DNA of 64,000 bases from Thermoproteota archaeon (GTDB lineage: Archaea; Korarchaeota; Korarchaeia; Korarchaeales; Korarchaeaceae). This document shows, one piece after another, positions 1 to 9,057 of this stretch. Under the pieces are notes generated by a model. The model saw only the letters and a list, made by a program, of their open reading frames with translations, had not been told where the DNA came from and searched no databases. Made by a program: the position numbers and the translations under genes. Numbering within the stretch: position 1 is the first letter of the stretch; each line of letters starts with the position of its first letter. The DNA is taken from NCBI GenBank assembly GCA_026986575.1, contig JALSOH010000004.1, positions 224,001 through 288,000 of the forward strand, read 5' to 3'.

Positions 1-261
1 ATTAGGGACATCAGAGAGCTGGGGGGGATTAGAGTAATAGGCAGGACTTTTATCATACTTACGGATTTTGATACGGAAGGCTCAGCTTTACACGATAGAT
101 TGAAGAGAATAATCACAGAAATGGGAGGAAAAGTAGATGAGTTTTCCAGAAGTTACTATAAGTCTATAGGTCTTCCCCCTTTGGTGGAGGAGGTAAACGG
201 CTTCCTGAAGAGGAGGGTCGTGGATTGGAGCATACCTACCGAAGATTGGCGATCAGAGTAA
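1..261 (+). CDS. Toprim-domain protein (small primase-like / RNase M5 family), 5' partial
   Basis: Frame 1 is open from the window start (IRDIRELGGIRVIGRTFIILTDFDTEGSALHDRLKRII...) to TAA at 259-261; IILTDFDxEG Toprim DxD motif. Not in the ORF track. Confidence 0.7.
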   Translation: MRDIRELGGIRVIGRTFIILTDFDTEGSALHDRLKRIITEMGGKVDEFSRSYYKSIGLPPLVEEVNGFLKRRVVDWSIPTEDWRSE

Positions 262-731
262 CACTGGTAGCTGAAGTCTACCCGACTGAAGACATCAAAA
301 GGGTTCTCCAAGCTATGAACACTATAATCCCGTTCAGCGAGGAGGTCGACGATGTCGATATAGAGGAGGAAGGACAAAGGAAGCTGATAAGGGTGAGGAA
401 GGAGGGTTATGAGGCACTAATTAAACTGAGATCGGCATTCAGAAATAACAGAATATTAGATACTGCGAGAAGTCTGCTAATGACGAGGAGAGGTAACCTG
501 AGAGCTTTGAGATTCCACAAACAGGCAGCATACGTCGGTAAGGTGAGACTTTGCGATGAAGACGAGATGTCCCCCTTGGGTGTGATATCACTCATCATAG
601 ATTACGAAGGGGATGCCCAAATACTGGCCGACTGGCTCGCCCCCAAAACGGAGAGAGGAAGGCCCATTAGAGAGGCCACCACTCATGAACTGCTCTACGG
701 AAGGACTAACCCATCAGAGATCGACAGCTAG
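225..731 (+). CDS. UPF0201/DUF54 family RNA-binding protein
   Basis: AEVYPTED..KV..A, RILDTARSLL, FHKQAAYVG and SPLGVI motifs; true start may be slightly downstream. Confidence 0.8.
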   Translation: MEHTYRRLAIRVTLVAEVYPTEDIKRVLQAMNTIIPFSEEVDDVDIEEEGQRKLIRVRKEGYEALIKLRSAFRNNRILDTARSLLMTRRGNLRALRFHKQAAYVGKVRLCDEDEMSPLGVISLIIDYEGDAQILADWLAPKTERGRPIREATTHELLYGRTNPSEIDS

Positions 732-1643
732 AAAATCCCGAGCAGCAATAACTTGTCCACCATAAGCTTTAGCGGCCTCCTCTTCGAACCTAACTAGATC
801 CCCCCCCCTATATCTAGCGCTGAAGTGCGTCAGGATTAACTTCTTGACGCCAGCAGCCTCCGCAATCTTACCAGCCTCCAGTGCGGTGCTATGTCCGGTA
901 GCTACAGCCCTATCCCTCAACTCATCGAGGTAAGTGGCCTCGTGTATCAGGGCATCAGCTCCCTTTGCCGCAGATATGACCGATTCGGTAGGCCTAGTAT
1001 CGGATGAGTATACGAGGATGGCTCCCCTGCGGGGCGGGCCCATAACGTCTTGAGGCCTCACAATTCTACCATCGGGCAGCTTTACAGAGAATCCCCTCTG
1101 GAGAACGCTTCTTAATACTAAAGGAACGCCGAGCTCATCCGCCTTCATGGGATCGAATTTTCCCGGCCTATCCCTCTCTCTGATCCTGACTCCATAGGTC
1201 TCGAATCCAGCATGGTCGACGGGAAAGAACTCTACGGTGAACTTACCTAGTTCTATGGCCTTGGAGGTCTCTATCTCTCTGAACACCACTTTGAACTGCG
1301 GTTTAGAGCCGGTCTTCTCCTCAACCTGCTCCAGTATATAACGCAAATCCTTAGGTCCGATTACTAGGAGCTCAGAGCCCTTCCGCAGTATGCTCAGGGA
1401 CTGGATCATAGGCATGAGCCCGAAAAAGTGATCCCCATGGAGATGAGTTATGATCACCTTGTTTATCTTCATTAAGCTCTCCTTGGCCCTGATCAGCTGC
1501 CTCTGGGTGCCTTCACCGCAGTCCAATAGAAGAGAATCCCCTGATGTCTTCACAAGGATGGCAGGCAACCCCCTGTCGTCAGTAGGTACCGCTGAACTCG
1601 TTCCGAGGAACCTCACCCTCACTCTCTCAGCCTCACTACCCAT
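714..1643 (-). CDS. rnz: Ribonuclease Z
   Basis: FLGTSSAVPT, DCGEGTQRQ, THLHGDH, exosite GP motif, SDT, HEAT, HST, LTHFSARY. Confidence 0.95.
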   Translation of the reverse strand: MGSEAERVRVRFLGTSSAVPTDDRGLPAILVKTSGDSLLLDCGEGTQRQLIRAKESLMKINKVIITHLHGDHFFGLMPMIQSLSILRKGSELLVIGPKDLRYILEQVEEKTGSKPQFKVVFREIETSKAIELGKFTVEFFPVDHAGFETYGVRIRERDRPGKFDPMKADELGVPLVLRSVLQRGFSVKLPDGRIVRPQDVMGPPRRGAILVYSSDTRPTESVISAAKGADALIHEATYLDELRDRAVATGHSTALEAGKIAEAAGVKKLILTHFSARYRGGDLVRFEEEAAKAYGGQVIAARDFLAVDL

Positions 1644-2656
1644 ATCCTCCTAGTGAGGGACCTGTGCTCCCTCACATCAAAATATTCAACTACCTCAAAT
1701 CCGCTACAGCTGAAATCGTCCTCGCTTAGATGATCCACGGGGACCGAGATCGCCATCCATCCGTTCTCCTTCAGGTATACTGGGGCCTTTCTTACAAAAT
1801 CTTTGGCCAAATCTTCAGGCGATCTACCTACTGCCGAGCTCATCCGCCCATAGGGCGGATCCGTAACTATACGATCAGCTCTCTCCTCCAACTGAAGGCT
1901 TAACGCATCTCCGACCATCAGCTTGAAACCATCTAGAAAACCATAGGCTACGAGGTTGTTCTTGGCCTCTATAACTCTACTCTCGCTTATATCGGCACCC
2001 ACCAAGCGGGCACCAACAGATAATACTTCAAGAGCTATGCCCCCAACCCCCAAGAAAGGATCCAGTACCAGATCTCCCTCACGAGTCCTCGCTAGATTCA
2101 CCATAGCTCTAGCTAGAGTAGGTCTCATGGAAGCCGGATGGACGAAAGGTCGCGCAGCAACCTCCTTTATCTTGAAAGATGTTCTGTCCACCTCAACCTC
2201 CTTAACGTAGATCACTAGCAGCCCAGAGGTCATCACTATCACTACCTCGGAATTGGGATTGGTAAGGTCAACCTTGGAATGGGGATTCCCCCTCAGCACC
2301 CAACCGCCGACCTCCCTCTCCACCTCCACCCGTTTTAGTTCACTGCAACATCCCCTTACTCTAATGGCGGTAGCTCTGAACCTCCCACCGACTTTGGGCG
2401 GGTCGAATCCTTTCAACCCCTGTGGAAAGTCGGCTGGGTTGAGAGCTGCTAGGAACCTCCCCATGGATCTAGTGTATGCGAGTCTAGAGGCCGCCTTCCT
2501 CATGAGTGAGCTAAAGAGACCGCTCACCTCTAAGACCAGCACTGAGTCCAAGTCCAGATATGTCTCGAATCCAACTTCTAATGACTCTAGAACGGCCTTG
2601 ACTTCGGCCTTAGGGAGGGACGGGTGCTCACCCGATAAGTGAAACGCTATCTTCAA
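1619..2656 (-). CDS. tRNA (guanine(10)-N2)-methyltransferase, THUMP + Rossmann MTase (Trm11/TrmG10)
   Basis: LSGEHPSLPKAE N-terminus, RPFVHPASMRPTLARAMVNL, LDPFLGVGG, TDPPYGR, HRSLTR. Confidence 0.88.
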   Translation of the reverse strand: MKIAFHLSGEHPSLPKAEVKAVLESLEVGFETYLDLDSVLVLEVSGLFSSLMRKAASRLAYTRSMGRFLAALNPADFPQGLKGFDPPKVGGRFRATAIRVRGCCSELKRVEVEREVGGWVLRGNPHSKVDLTNPNSEVVIVMTSGLLVIYVKEVEVDRTSFKIKEVAARPFVHPASMRPTLARAMVNLARTREGDLVLDPFLGVGGIALEVLSVGARLVGADISESRVIEAKNNLVAYGFLDGFKLMVGDALSLQLEERADRIVTDPPYGRMSSAVGRSPEDLAKDFVRKAPVYLKENGWMAISVPVDHLSEDDFSCSGFEVVEYFDVREHRSLTRRIWVVRLRE

Positions 2657-3677
2657 TCTGCCTCCCTCCTAGCTTTGATCCGACGATTCTCAGCAGTTTT
2701 TCTATACCGAAACCGCTCTCTGCGGATATCTCCACGAATTCGGCTCCTTCTCTTTCTAAGAAGTTTCTGATCTCTGAGAACTTAGCTGTATAGTCTTTTT
2801 CCAGATCCCTCTTGTTGATCACGGCTATGATCTCCTCGGAGAAGTTAGTCACGATCTCCTTGAACAGGGATCTCTGCTCCTCCAGCGTATAACCACAAGT
2901 CTCGGTGGGATCGAGCAAGTACAGGACTAGGCCACCTACATGCTTGAGGGCCGCTATAGCCTGCATCTCTATCCTATTCCTCTTGGAGATGGGTCTATCC
3001 AGCAAGCCAGGAGTGTCAATGAACTGGACCTTCCCAATACCCTCTAGGTCCCGGTGTCCTATTATAATGCCTTTGGTGGTGAAGGGGTAGGGAGCTATCT
3101 CGGGTTCCTTGGTGGTAATCTTGGAGAGAAGAGTGCTTTTTCCCGTATTGGGCATACCAGCTATTATTACAGAGGGGAGAGTGGGATCCAAATCCGGCAA
3201 ATTCCTGAGCTTAGGTACTACCTCCCTCAAGAAGTCCACTTCTGGTCTAACCCTCTTCAATACGGATGATATCCTACCCGCCGCCTCTCTCCTGAGGGTC
3301 GCCATGCGTTTAGGGTCTTCTGTCCAATTTATCTTAGAGATATAGGATCTGGAGATCCTCGAGATCGTCTTAGAGGCCCATTTAACGGCGCCTAGAGCGT
3401 GCCTTACTTGATCCACATCAGCTAAGACGTTCAAAAGTTCTCTATAGAAGGGATCTAACCTTTCAACGCTGGGAAAGGATTTCACCACCCTATCCAGCCT
3501 GCTGACCACTGTGTCAGAGATCGTCTGGATTCTGGATATTTCCCTAGATCTGTAGATCACTATCCTGTCTCCCCTCCTCGACACAGGCTTGGGTTTCTTG
3601 AAAGCCCTCCTGAAGGAGATGTCTAGCAGTTCATCCACGTCTAGAGGGACTACGGCCCTCCTGAAGGGGTTAGGCAA
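2628..3677 (-). CDS. NOG1 family GTP-binding protein
   Basis: FPSVERLDPFYREL helical domain, GMPNTGKS, PYPFTTKG, DTPGLLDRP, NKRD; start placed at TTG 3677. Confidence 0.9.
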   Translation of the reverse strand: MPNPFRRAVVPLDVDELLDISFRRAFKKPKPVSRRGDRIVIYRSREISRIQTISDTVVSRLDRVVKSFPSVERLDPFYRELLNVLADVDQVRHALGAVKWASKTISRISRSYISKINWTEDPKRMATLRREAAGRISSVLKRVRPEVDFLREVVPKLRNLPDLDPTLPSVIIAGMPNTGKSTLLSKITTKEPEIAPYPFTTKGIIIGHRDLEGIGKVQFIDTPGLLDRPISKRNRIEMQAIAALKHVGGLVLYLLDPTETCGYTLEEQRSLFKEIVTNFSEEIIAVINKRDLEKDYTAKFSEIRNFLEREGAEFVEISAESGFGIEKLLRIVGSKLGGRQIEDSVSLIG

Positions 3678-3682
3678 TTCTA

Positions 3683-4819
3683 TCAACTCAGGAAGAATAG
3701 AAGGACATTGTATATCAGCATTAGCGCGATAGGTGCTGACACGGCCCATGTTAGCTTGCGGGCCATCTCCTCATCGCCCAAGTACATGGTAAGTATCTCT
3801 GAGAGGACCAACCCTCCATCCAAAGGTAACATGGGCAGGGCATTGAGGCCAGCCAGTCCCAGATTGAACATTATCAGGAACCCGAATAGCTCTATCAGTT
3901 GGATCGCTATCCCGGTCGGCATAGGGACTATGGGGTCGAAGTAAGGCACCCTCGATAGCATCACCCCCAAGAAGGGTGAGCTTTGGTTGTCAGGCCTAGA
4001 TCCCAGCCTCACCCTGTAGGTGCCTCTATCAGTGACGACATCCACCTCCTGACCGGGTCTCAGCTTTTCAAGTGCCTTCACCAAACCCGCGAAATCCCTA
4101 ACCCTGTAACCATCTATCTGCCTTATGACAACTCCATCCGGGAGTATTCCGTAGGATGGCCCACCTTCTATAACCTCCTGAACATACACCCCAGAAGGAT
4201 GGGACATCCCTGGGAATATCGAGAAACCCGGGAATATTATCATGGCTAGAAGTAGGGCCACGAAGAATGTAGTGAAGTTCATGAAGATCCCCGCCGAATA
4301 AACACCCATCCTCTTAAGAGGCTCCAGCTTCTTGATTATCTCCTCATCTGGCTCGACAAAAGCACCTAACAGGACAAATAGAACGAAAAAAGCTATCTTC
4401 TTGATAGGAACCCCGAAGTACCAGCTAGCAGCGGCATGTCCAAATTCATGCACGGCTAGTATCACGAATATGGAGATCAGGAGAGGAGCGGATATGTCGA
4501 AGGTGACCCCTGGTATCACAGGGGCTATCTGGGCGACCTTCGGACCGAATAAAGTGTCTATGGTTATTTTGACGAGAAATATAAGAAATAACATGGAGGA
4601 GATCAGGAGAGCGCCGATCCCGACCTTGTATAGAGGACCGACGAACCTAGCCAGTCCTCCTATGATTCCTCTGAAGCTTTCTGGCTTGAAAGACAACTCC
4701 AAGTAGAAGACGCCTATCTTAGCCTTCTCTCCCCCGAGATAACGGTTCAATAAGAGGCCAACAACGTAGGCCACAGCCCAAAATATGAGGAAGTTCACTA
4801 GGAAACCTTGGGATATCAA
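3683..4819 (-). CDS. Site-2 protease (M50) with PDZ domain
   Basis: HEFGH, GAFVEPDEE, AGIFMN, NALPMLPLDGG, several TM segments and a PDZ-like insert. Confidence 0.9.
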   Translation of the reverse strand: MISQGFLVNFLIFWAVAYVVGLLLNRYLGGEKAKIGVFYLELSFKPESFRGIIGGLARFVGPLYKVGIGALLISSMLFLIFLVKITIDTLFGPKVAQIAPVIPGVTFDISAPLLISIFVILAVHEFGHAAASWYFGVPIKKIAFFVLFVLLGAFVEPDEEIIKKLEPLKRMGVYSAGIFMNFTTFFVALLLAMIIFPGFSIFPGMSHPSGVYVQEVIEGGPSYGILPDGVVIRQIDGYRVRDFAGLVKALEKLRPGQEVDVVTDRGTYRVRLGSRPDNQSSPFLGVMLSRVPYFDPIVPMPTGIAIQLIELFGFLIMFNLGLAGLNALPMLPLDGGLVLSEILTMYLGDEEMARKLTWAVSAPIALMLIYNVLLFFLS

Positions 4820-4825
4820 GACGGA

Positions 4826-5935
4826 TCAACCTTTCAAGAGGTGCGCCAAGAACTCCGCCATCTCATACACGGAAGGGAGTTTGACGTACTCATCCGCTGA
4901 GTGGTGATTACCTCCCTCAGGCCCCAGTATGACTGGCTTGATGCTGGCCATCTTGTAGAGGTAATTGGCATCAGAGACCGTCCTGTAAACATCCGTCTCA
5001 AGACGCCCTCCCAACACATTCTCTGCAACTTCTTGCACTTTCTTAACGAAGTCGTCGTCCTCAGGAAGCTCGTAAGGCTCCATGAAGGGAGTAGGCCTCT
5101 TCATTAAGGATATCTTGATTTTGGCCTTCAACTCCGGTGTTTTCCTTAGATGATCCATGAACTTCTTCCTTATAACACCCGGATCGTTACCGGGCGGGTA
5201 ATGCCTATCCAGCCTGACCAGGCATCTGTCCGGATGGGCCATCACTAGCTCCGGGGACTTTATACTCAAGGGAGCTACGCTACCACCTATTCCATCGACC
5301 TTGGGCAGGTCCACGGCCCATAGAATGATCTTGGCCGCTTCTATAACGGCGTTTATACCGGCCTCCTCAGTTCCAGGTGCTGCCAATCCCTTTATGTCGA
5401 CATCGAATACGAACCTGCCGAATGCTCCCCTGAAGAGCTTCTTATTGGTAGGTCCGGCAACAATGGCCTCACTGACTCGTGGAAGGATGCCACTCTTCAG
5501 GAGCTCGTAGGTCCCCCTGCTGAAACCCTCGGCATCGCATACAGCAGCAAAGACAACTCCCCTACTATCATCCCATTTTGAGGCAGCTATGAAGGCCTCT
5601 ATCATCGCAGCCAGCATTCCCTTGTCGTCAAAAACCCCCAGCCCATAGAGTTTGTCTTCTTCCAGCTCTCCCCAAGGATTCTTGGTCCAATTAGAGTATA
5701 TCTCGAATGTATCGGTGTGGGCAAGGAACAGCAAGTTATCCTGATCTTTCACGTTGAGGAAGGCCACGACATTACCTGCGCAGTCCTTGACCGGTTGGTG
5801 GACGACCTTGTCAGCGTACCTCGATAGAGTATCCGTTATATAGTAAACGGCCTCGCCTTCCCTGCCCCTCAAGCTCTTTATACCGACTAGATCTATCAGC
5901 AAATTGCGCGTCCTTTCCTGATCCGTGAGGCCCAT
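4826..5935 (-). CDS. M20 family metallo-hydrolase (ArgE/DapE-like) with a degenerate active site
   Basis: AHTDT, YGLGVFDDKG, HSADE; CDAEG and VAGPT replace the usual DEE and xEP(T/S) motifs. Confidence 0.8.
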   Translation of the reverse strand: MGLTDQERTRNLLIDLVGIKSLRGREGEAVYYITDTLSRYADKVVHQPVKDCAGNVVAFLNVKDQDNLLFLAHTDTFEIYSNWTKNPWGELEEDKLYGLGVFDDKGMLAAMIEAFIAASKWDDSRGVVFAAVCDAEGFSRGTYELLKSGILPRVSEAIVAGPTNKKLFRGAFGRFVFDVDIKGLAAPGTEEAGINAVIEAAKIILWAVDLPKVDGIGGSVAPLSIKSPELVMAHPDRCLVRLDRHYPPGNDPGVIRKKFMDHLRKTPELKAKIKISLMKRPTPFMEPYELPEDDDFVKKVQEVAENVLGGRLETDVYRTVSDANYLYKMASIKPVILGPEGGNHHSADEYVKLPSVYEMAEFLAHLLKG

Positions 5936-5946
5936 CTGATCCCCCC

Positions 5947-6543
5947 TCATGCCGCTCTCAGGGGGATATACAGCTGCCTAGCACCCGATTCGGTAATCAC
6001 CAGCAGGTCCACACCATCTCCTGACAAGGCGTCCCTCGATATGGCCTCCTTCATCGCCTTCTCAGCTAGAGAGAGGGCTTCCTCTTCACCCAAGTCCTCC
6101 TTATATTCCCTCTCCAAGATACCCGTGGCTATCTGAGCTCCAGTGCCTACAGCCGCGAACTTTTCCTCCATAAGTCCTCCGGCAGGATCTAAGACCAATA
6201 TCTTGGATTCTCCATCCTCTAAACCACCTACTATAAGCTCAGCGTAATAGATCCCCCTGAATCTCCCCTGATAGAGAAGCAGGGATAGCAGCTTGGCGAC
6301 ATTCGTGGGAGAAGCTTTCTTATCCAAATCCAGCTCATACAAGGTCATATTGAACTTCACGACATCGATCAACTCTTGGAAGTCGCCAGGGAGTCCGGCA
6401 GTAGAAATGCCGACCCTATCATTAACTAGGAATACTTTCTTGGCGGACTTGCTGAGGACGAATGTACCGTAAGATACTCTCCTGTCCGCCGCGAGAACAA
6501 CACCGCCCTTGAATTTCAAGCCCAGAGCAGTAGCCAGAACCAC
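5947..6543 (-). CDS. psmB: Proteasome subunit beta (beta1-type, ATA N-terminus)
   Basis: ATALG..GVVLAADRR, SAKKV, AAVGTG, RDALSGDG; the ORF-track N-extension runs into tRNA-Thr, so the start is moved to GTG 6543. Confidence 0.9.
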   Translation of the reverse strand: MVLATALGLKFKGGVVLAADRRVSYGTFVLSKSAKKVFLVNDRVGISTAGLPGDFQELIDVVKFNMTLYELDLDKKASPTNVAKLLSLLLYQGRFRGIYYAELIVGGLEDGESKILVLDPAGGLMEEKFAAVGTGAQIATGILEREYKEDLGEEEALSLAEKAMKEAISRDALSGDGVDLLVITESGARQLYIPLRAA

Positions 6544-6564
6544 TGTAACACCCCTCAAGTTAAA

Positions 6565-6642
6565 TGGAGCCCCGGGCGGGATTCGAACCCGCGGCCTCCG
6601 CCTTACCAAGGCGGCGCTCTAACCGAGCTGAGCTACCGGGGC
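6565..6642 (-). tRNA. tRNA-Thr(GGT), CCA encoded
   Basis: Reverse complement GCCCCGGTAGCTCAGCTCGGTTAGAGCGCCGCCTTGGTAAGGCGGAGGCCGCGGGTTCGAATCCCGCCCGGGGCTCCA folds as a cloverleaf. Confidence 0.95.
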
Positions 6643-6680
6643 CCACCTCAAACTGTATCCTGATCTCTTTATAAATGCTA

Positions 6681-8333
6681 TCAGGTAACCCTCCTAGCTC
6701 TTATGAGGGCCGTTAGGGAGATGATCGTGACGAGCATGATGGCTAGGTATGGGATGTACTCTAGGTAGCCATGACGCCTCTTGAGCTCGATCTTCACGCT
6801 CGTGATCTCCTTAAAATACCCAGTAAAGCTCGAGGAAAGGGTTGATACATAGATGAATAAACCCTCTTCATCTTCGTACCACTTAAAGTAAACGGAGGGG
6901 AGGTCTACCTCAACATAGGGAAGGAAATCCCCTTCATCAGGCAATTGCAGCCGAAGGTATATGACCGGAGTGGCCTTGGAGATGCTCACTCTGTACATGT
7001 AACCATTCCTCTCTATGATATAGGGGATTTCGTGGGATGCCAGGCTCAGGGTAGGATCACCCAGCAGGACCTCATAGGCCGCTTCTCTAGGACTTATCCC
7101 TTTCTCCGTGGCCTCCTTTATGTGCAAGTTGTTCACTGTCATAACAGCCTCTCCCAGCGTGCGGCCTGTTAGGACCATCATCAAGATGAGATCTGGATAG
7201 GAGGTACCTGCCTCAGATCCTATGCTGAACTCCACCCTTGTGGCTCCTATATATGCAAACGCCCCGGCATCTAGAAAGGAATAGGCTATGGAACTCTTGG
7301 GATCATCGAGATTTGGGAACCTCAGGGTATCGCACGACAAGGTGATCACTATAGCTCCCAACGGTCTAGCGGACCTCACTATGGAAGGTGTGATGACCAC
7401 GTTACCCTCAGTCTTCAGGGCCATGACGTAGGGGTTCCCGTGCAGGTTGAGATAGATGATACCATTTCTTGCTTCTCTGAGTATCTTAGCGGAATCTTTC
7501 GCCGTCAGGTTGGAATATCCTACATCGGGGTGCAGAATCTTCGTGCTCAATCCGTAGGATGATGCTATGAATTCCACTTTCCTAGCTAAAGGAAGATCCT
7601 CGACGAGGGAGATGCCTCTAAGCCTGTTGATTAAACCCATTGAAGCAGCATCGTCTGCGAGCAGCATTAGGAAGGGTGTAGCCACATCGGGGCCGGTCAG
7701 GACTCCTAAAGAGGTGTCTAGATACGGATCATCGTCTATACCGATTAGGAAGTCTATAACATTCAGGTATCTCTCATAGTTTCGGGAGGTGAGAGGTTTG
7801 GTCAATAAGATGACGTACCTAACCCCCTTCAAGAGTTCTCGGCTCAGTTGAACCGAATCTAAATCAATTAACTTAGCTCTTTTGAGGAAGGCTGCATAGG
7901 CCGCCAGTAAAGAGTAATTCGGACCATCCGAACTGTAGAACAGGACTGCAACCTCACTCTCCATAGAAGATAGCTCTTGGGATATGAGATCCAACTTCTT
8001 TAGGAGGGGTCCAAAGTCAGCTCCTTGGAGACCCTTCTCTTTAGAGTAAAGCAGGAGGTAGGCGAGTTCATGAGGAGTCATCTTTTCAGGGATAGCTTCA
8101 TAAGATCCAACTTTTGCAGGAAATCCCATCTCCCTGAGCCGATTGCTCGTATAGGAGGCGTTCCGGGCCACTACTATCCTCTCTCCCGGGCCCATCGAGA
8201 GGAAGAACGCTGAAGCCGACCTGTAGTCCTCGAAGACGTGAACTAGAGGAGGGCTACCCGTTTGAGCAGGTGTTAGGATCGGAACATCCGACATTACCAC
8301 CAGTAAAACGATGATGGGAAGGAAAGATCTCAA
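6681..8333 (-). CDS. Secreted, C-terminally anchored protein with a C25 (gingipain-like) cysteine peptidase domain
   Basis: N-terminal signal peptide, IIYLNLHGNP, ITLSCDT, FAYIGATR, YEVLLGDPTL, C-terminal TM helix followed by a basic tail. Confidence 0.65.
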   Translation of the reverse strand: MRSFLPIIVLLVVMSDVPILTPAQTGSPPLVHVFEDYRSASAFFLSMGPGERIVVARNASYTSNRLREMGFPAKVGSYEAIPEKMTPHELAYLLLYSKEKGLQGADFGPLLKKLDLISQELSSMESEVAVLFYSSDGPNYSLLAAYAAFLKRAKLIDLDSVQLSRELLKGVRYVILLTKPLTSRNYERYLNVIDFLIGIDDDPYLDTSLGVLTGPDVATPFLMLLADDAASMGLINRLRGISLVEDLPLARKVEFIASSYGLSTKILHPDVGYSNLTAKDSAKILREARNGIIYLNLHGNPYVMALKTEGNVVITPSIVRSARPLGAIVITLSCDTLRFPNLDDPKSSIAYSFLDAGAFAYIGATRVEFSIGSEAGTSYPDLILMMVLTGRTLGEAVMTVNNLHIKEATEKGISPREAAYEVLLGDPTLSLASHEIPYIIERNGYMYRVSISKATPVIYLRLQLPDEGDFLPYVEVDLPSVYFKWYEDEEGLFIYVSTLSSSFTGYFKEITSVKIELKRRHGYLEYIPYLAIMLVTIISLTALIRARRVT

Positions 8334-8671
8334 TCATTACCCCCGCATTCCTTCTTGAACAGTATCTGATACTGCAGACTGGTAAACCCGTAGTTTTGAA
8401 GCACCCTTTCCAAGTCTGAGGAGAAACGACACGGGATGGAGCAAACAGGCGTTCTCTTCACGTAATACGCTATGTATTTCCATTCCTGATCCTCATCATC
8501 TAGAAGATCTGCTAGGGACCCGAGCCTCCTCTTAGAGGAGAGCACAGATCTAATGAAGGCGAGAGTGAGGTCAACCACTAAATCTAACGACTTACCTGAC
8601 TTGAAACCTTCCCTCCTCGCAAGCTCCCTTACTGCAGAAGATATGACCTCCTCCAGTTTCTCTGCTGTCAA
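8330..8671 (-). CDS. Hypothetical protein
   Basis: Coding-like ORF coupled to the C25 gene; start moved to TTG 8671 (AGGTG SD) so it does not overlap tRNA-Gly. Confidence 0.55.
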   Translation of the reverse strand: MTAEKLEEVISSAVRELARREGFKSGKSLDLVVDLTLAFIRSVLSSKRRLGSLADLLDDEDQEWKYIAYYVKRTPVCSIPCRFSSDLERVLQNYGFTSLQYQILFKKECGGND

Positions 8672-8691
8672 GACGCGACACCTGTATATTA

Positions 8692-8768
8692 TGGTGCGGC
8701 CGCCGGGATTTGAACCCGGGTCTCCGGCTTGGAGGGCCGGCATCCTGTCCAGGCTAGACTACGGCCGC
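8692..8768 (-). tRNA. tRNA-Gly(TCC), CCA encoded
   Basis: Reverse complement GCGGCCGTAGTCTAGCCTGGACAGGATGCCGGCCCTCCAAGCCGGAGACCCGGGTTCAAATCCCGGCGGCCGCACCA; anticodon loop CC-TCC-AA. Confidence 0.9.
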
Positions 8769-8989
8769 CAGCTGTCTATGCTGCCTCTTGGATCTAAAAA
8801 CTTTAGCTCAGCGCCTGCGCTGGGGAAATCGCAAAATGAATTGGTAAATATATTGTAGAGAGTATGATATACTGTAAATAACTGGTTTAACTCTAAATGA
8901 AATCAGAAGAATCTGTCCATAGTAGTTTGTTATGATGCAGCGACCCCAGAGGATAATGGGGTCGAGGGACCCGACCATTGATAAGTTTA

Positions 8990-9006
8990 GCGAAACTTTT
9001 ATATAT
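8990..9006 (+). promoter_or_regulatory. BRE + TATA box upstream of tfb
   Basis: GCGAAACTTTTATATAT matches archaeal BRE-TATA and lies about 50 nt before a GGGGTGG SD and CTG. Confidence 0.6.
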
Positions 9007-9057
9007 GCATATGGGGGTCTACACTTCGGCAATTTACTAAAGGGGTGGTGGGTTTTC

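Noticed and set aside
5947-6543. Proteasome beta lacking the usual TTT N-terminus as a novelty
   Set aside because: ATA-type beta1 subunits are known in crenarchaea that have two beta genes.
6544-6609. ORF-track N-terminal extension of the proteasome beta gene
   Set aside because: It overlaps tRNA-Thr; chance open frame.
8672-8858. ORFs running through tRNA-Gly (extension to 8743; 8553-8858 +)
   Set aside because: Translations of the tRNA sequence or antisense shadows.
8931-8975. Possible C/D box sRNA (ATGATGC...CAGA GGATAA...CCGA)
   Set aside because: All boxes are degenerate and the putative guides pair with each other.
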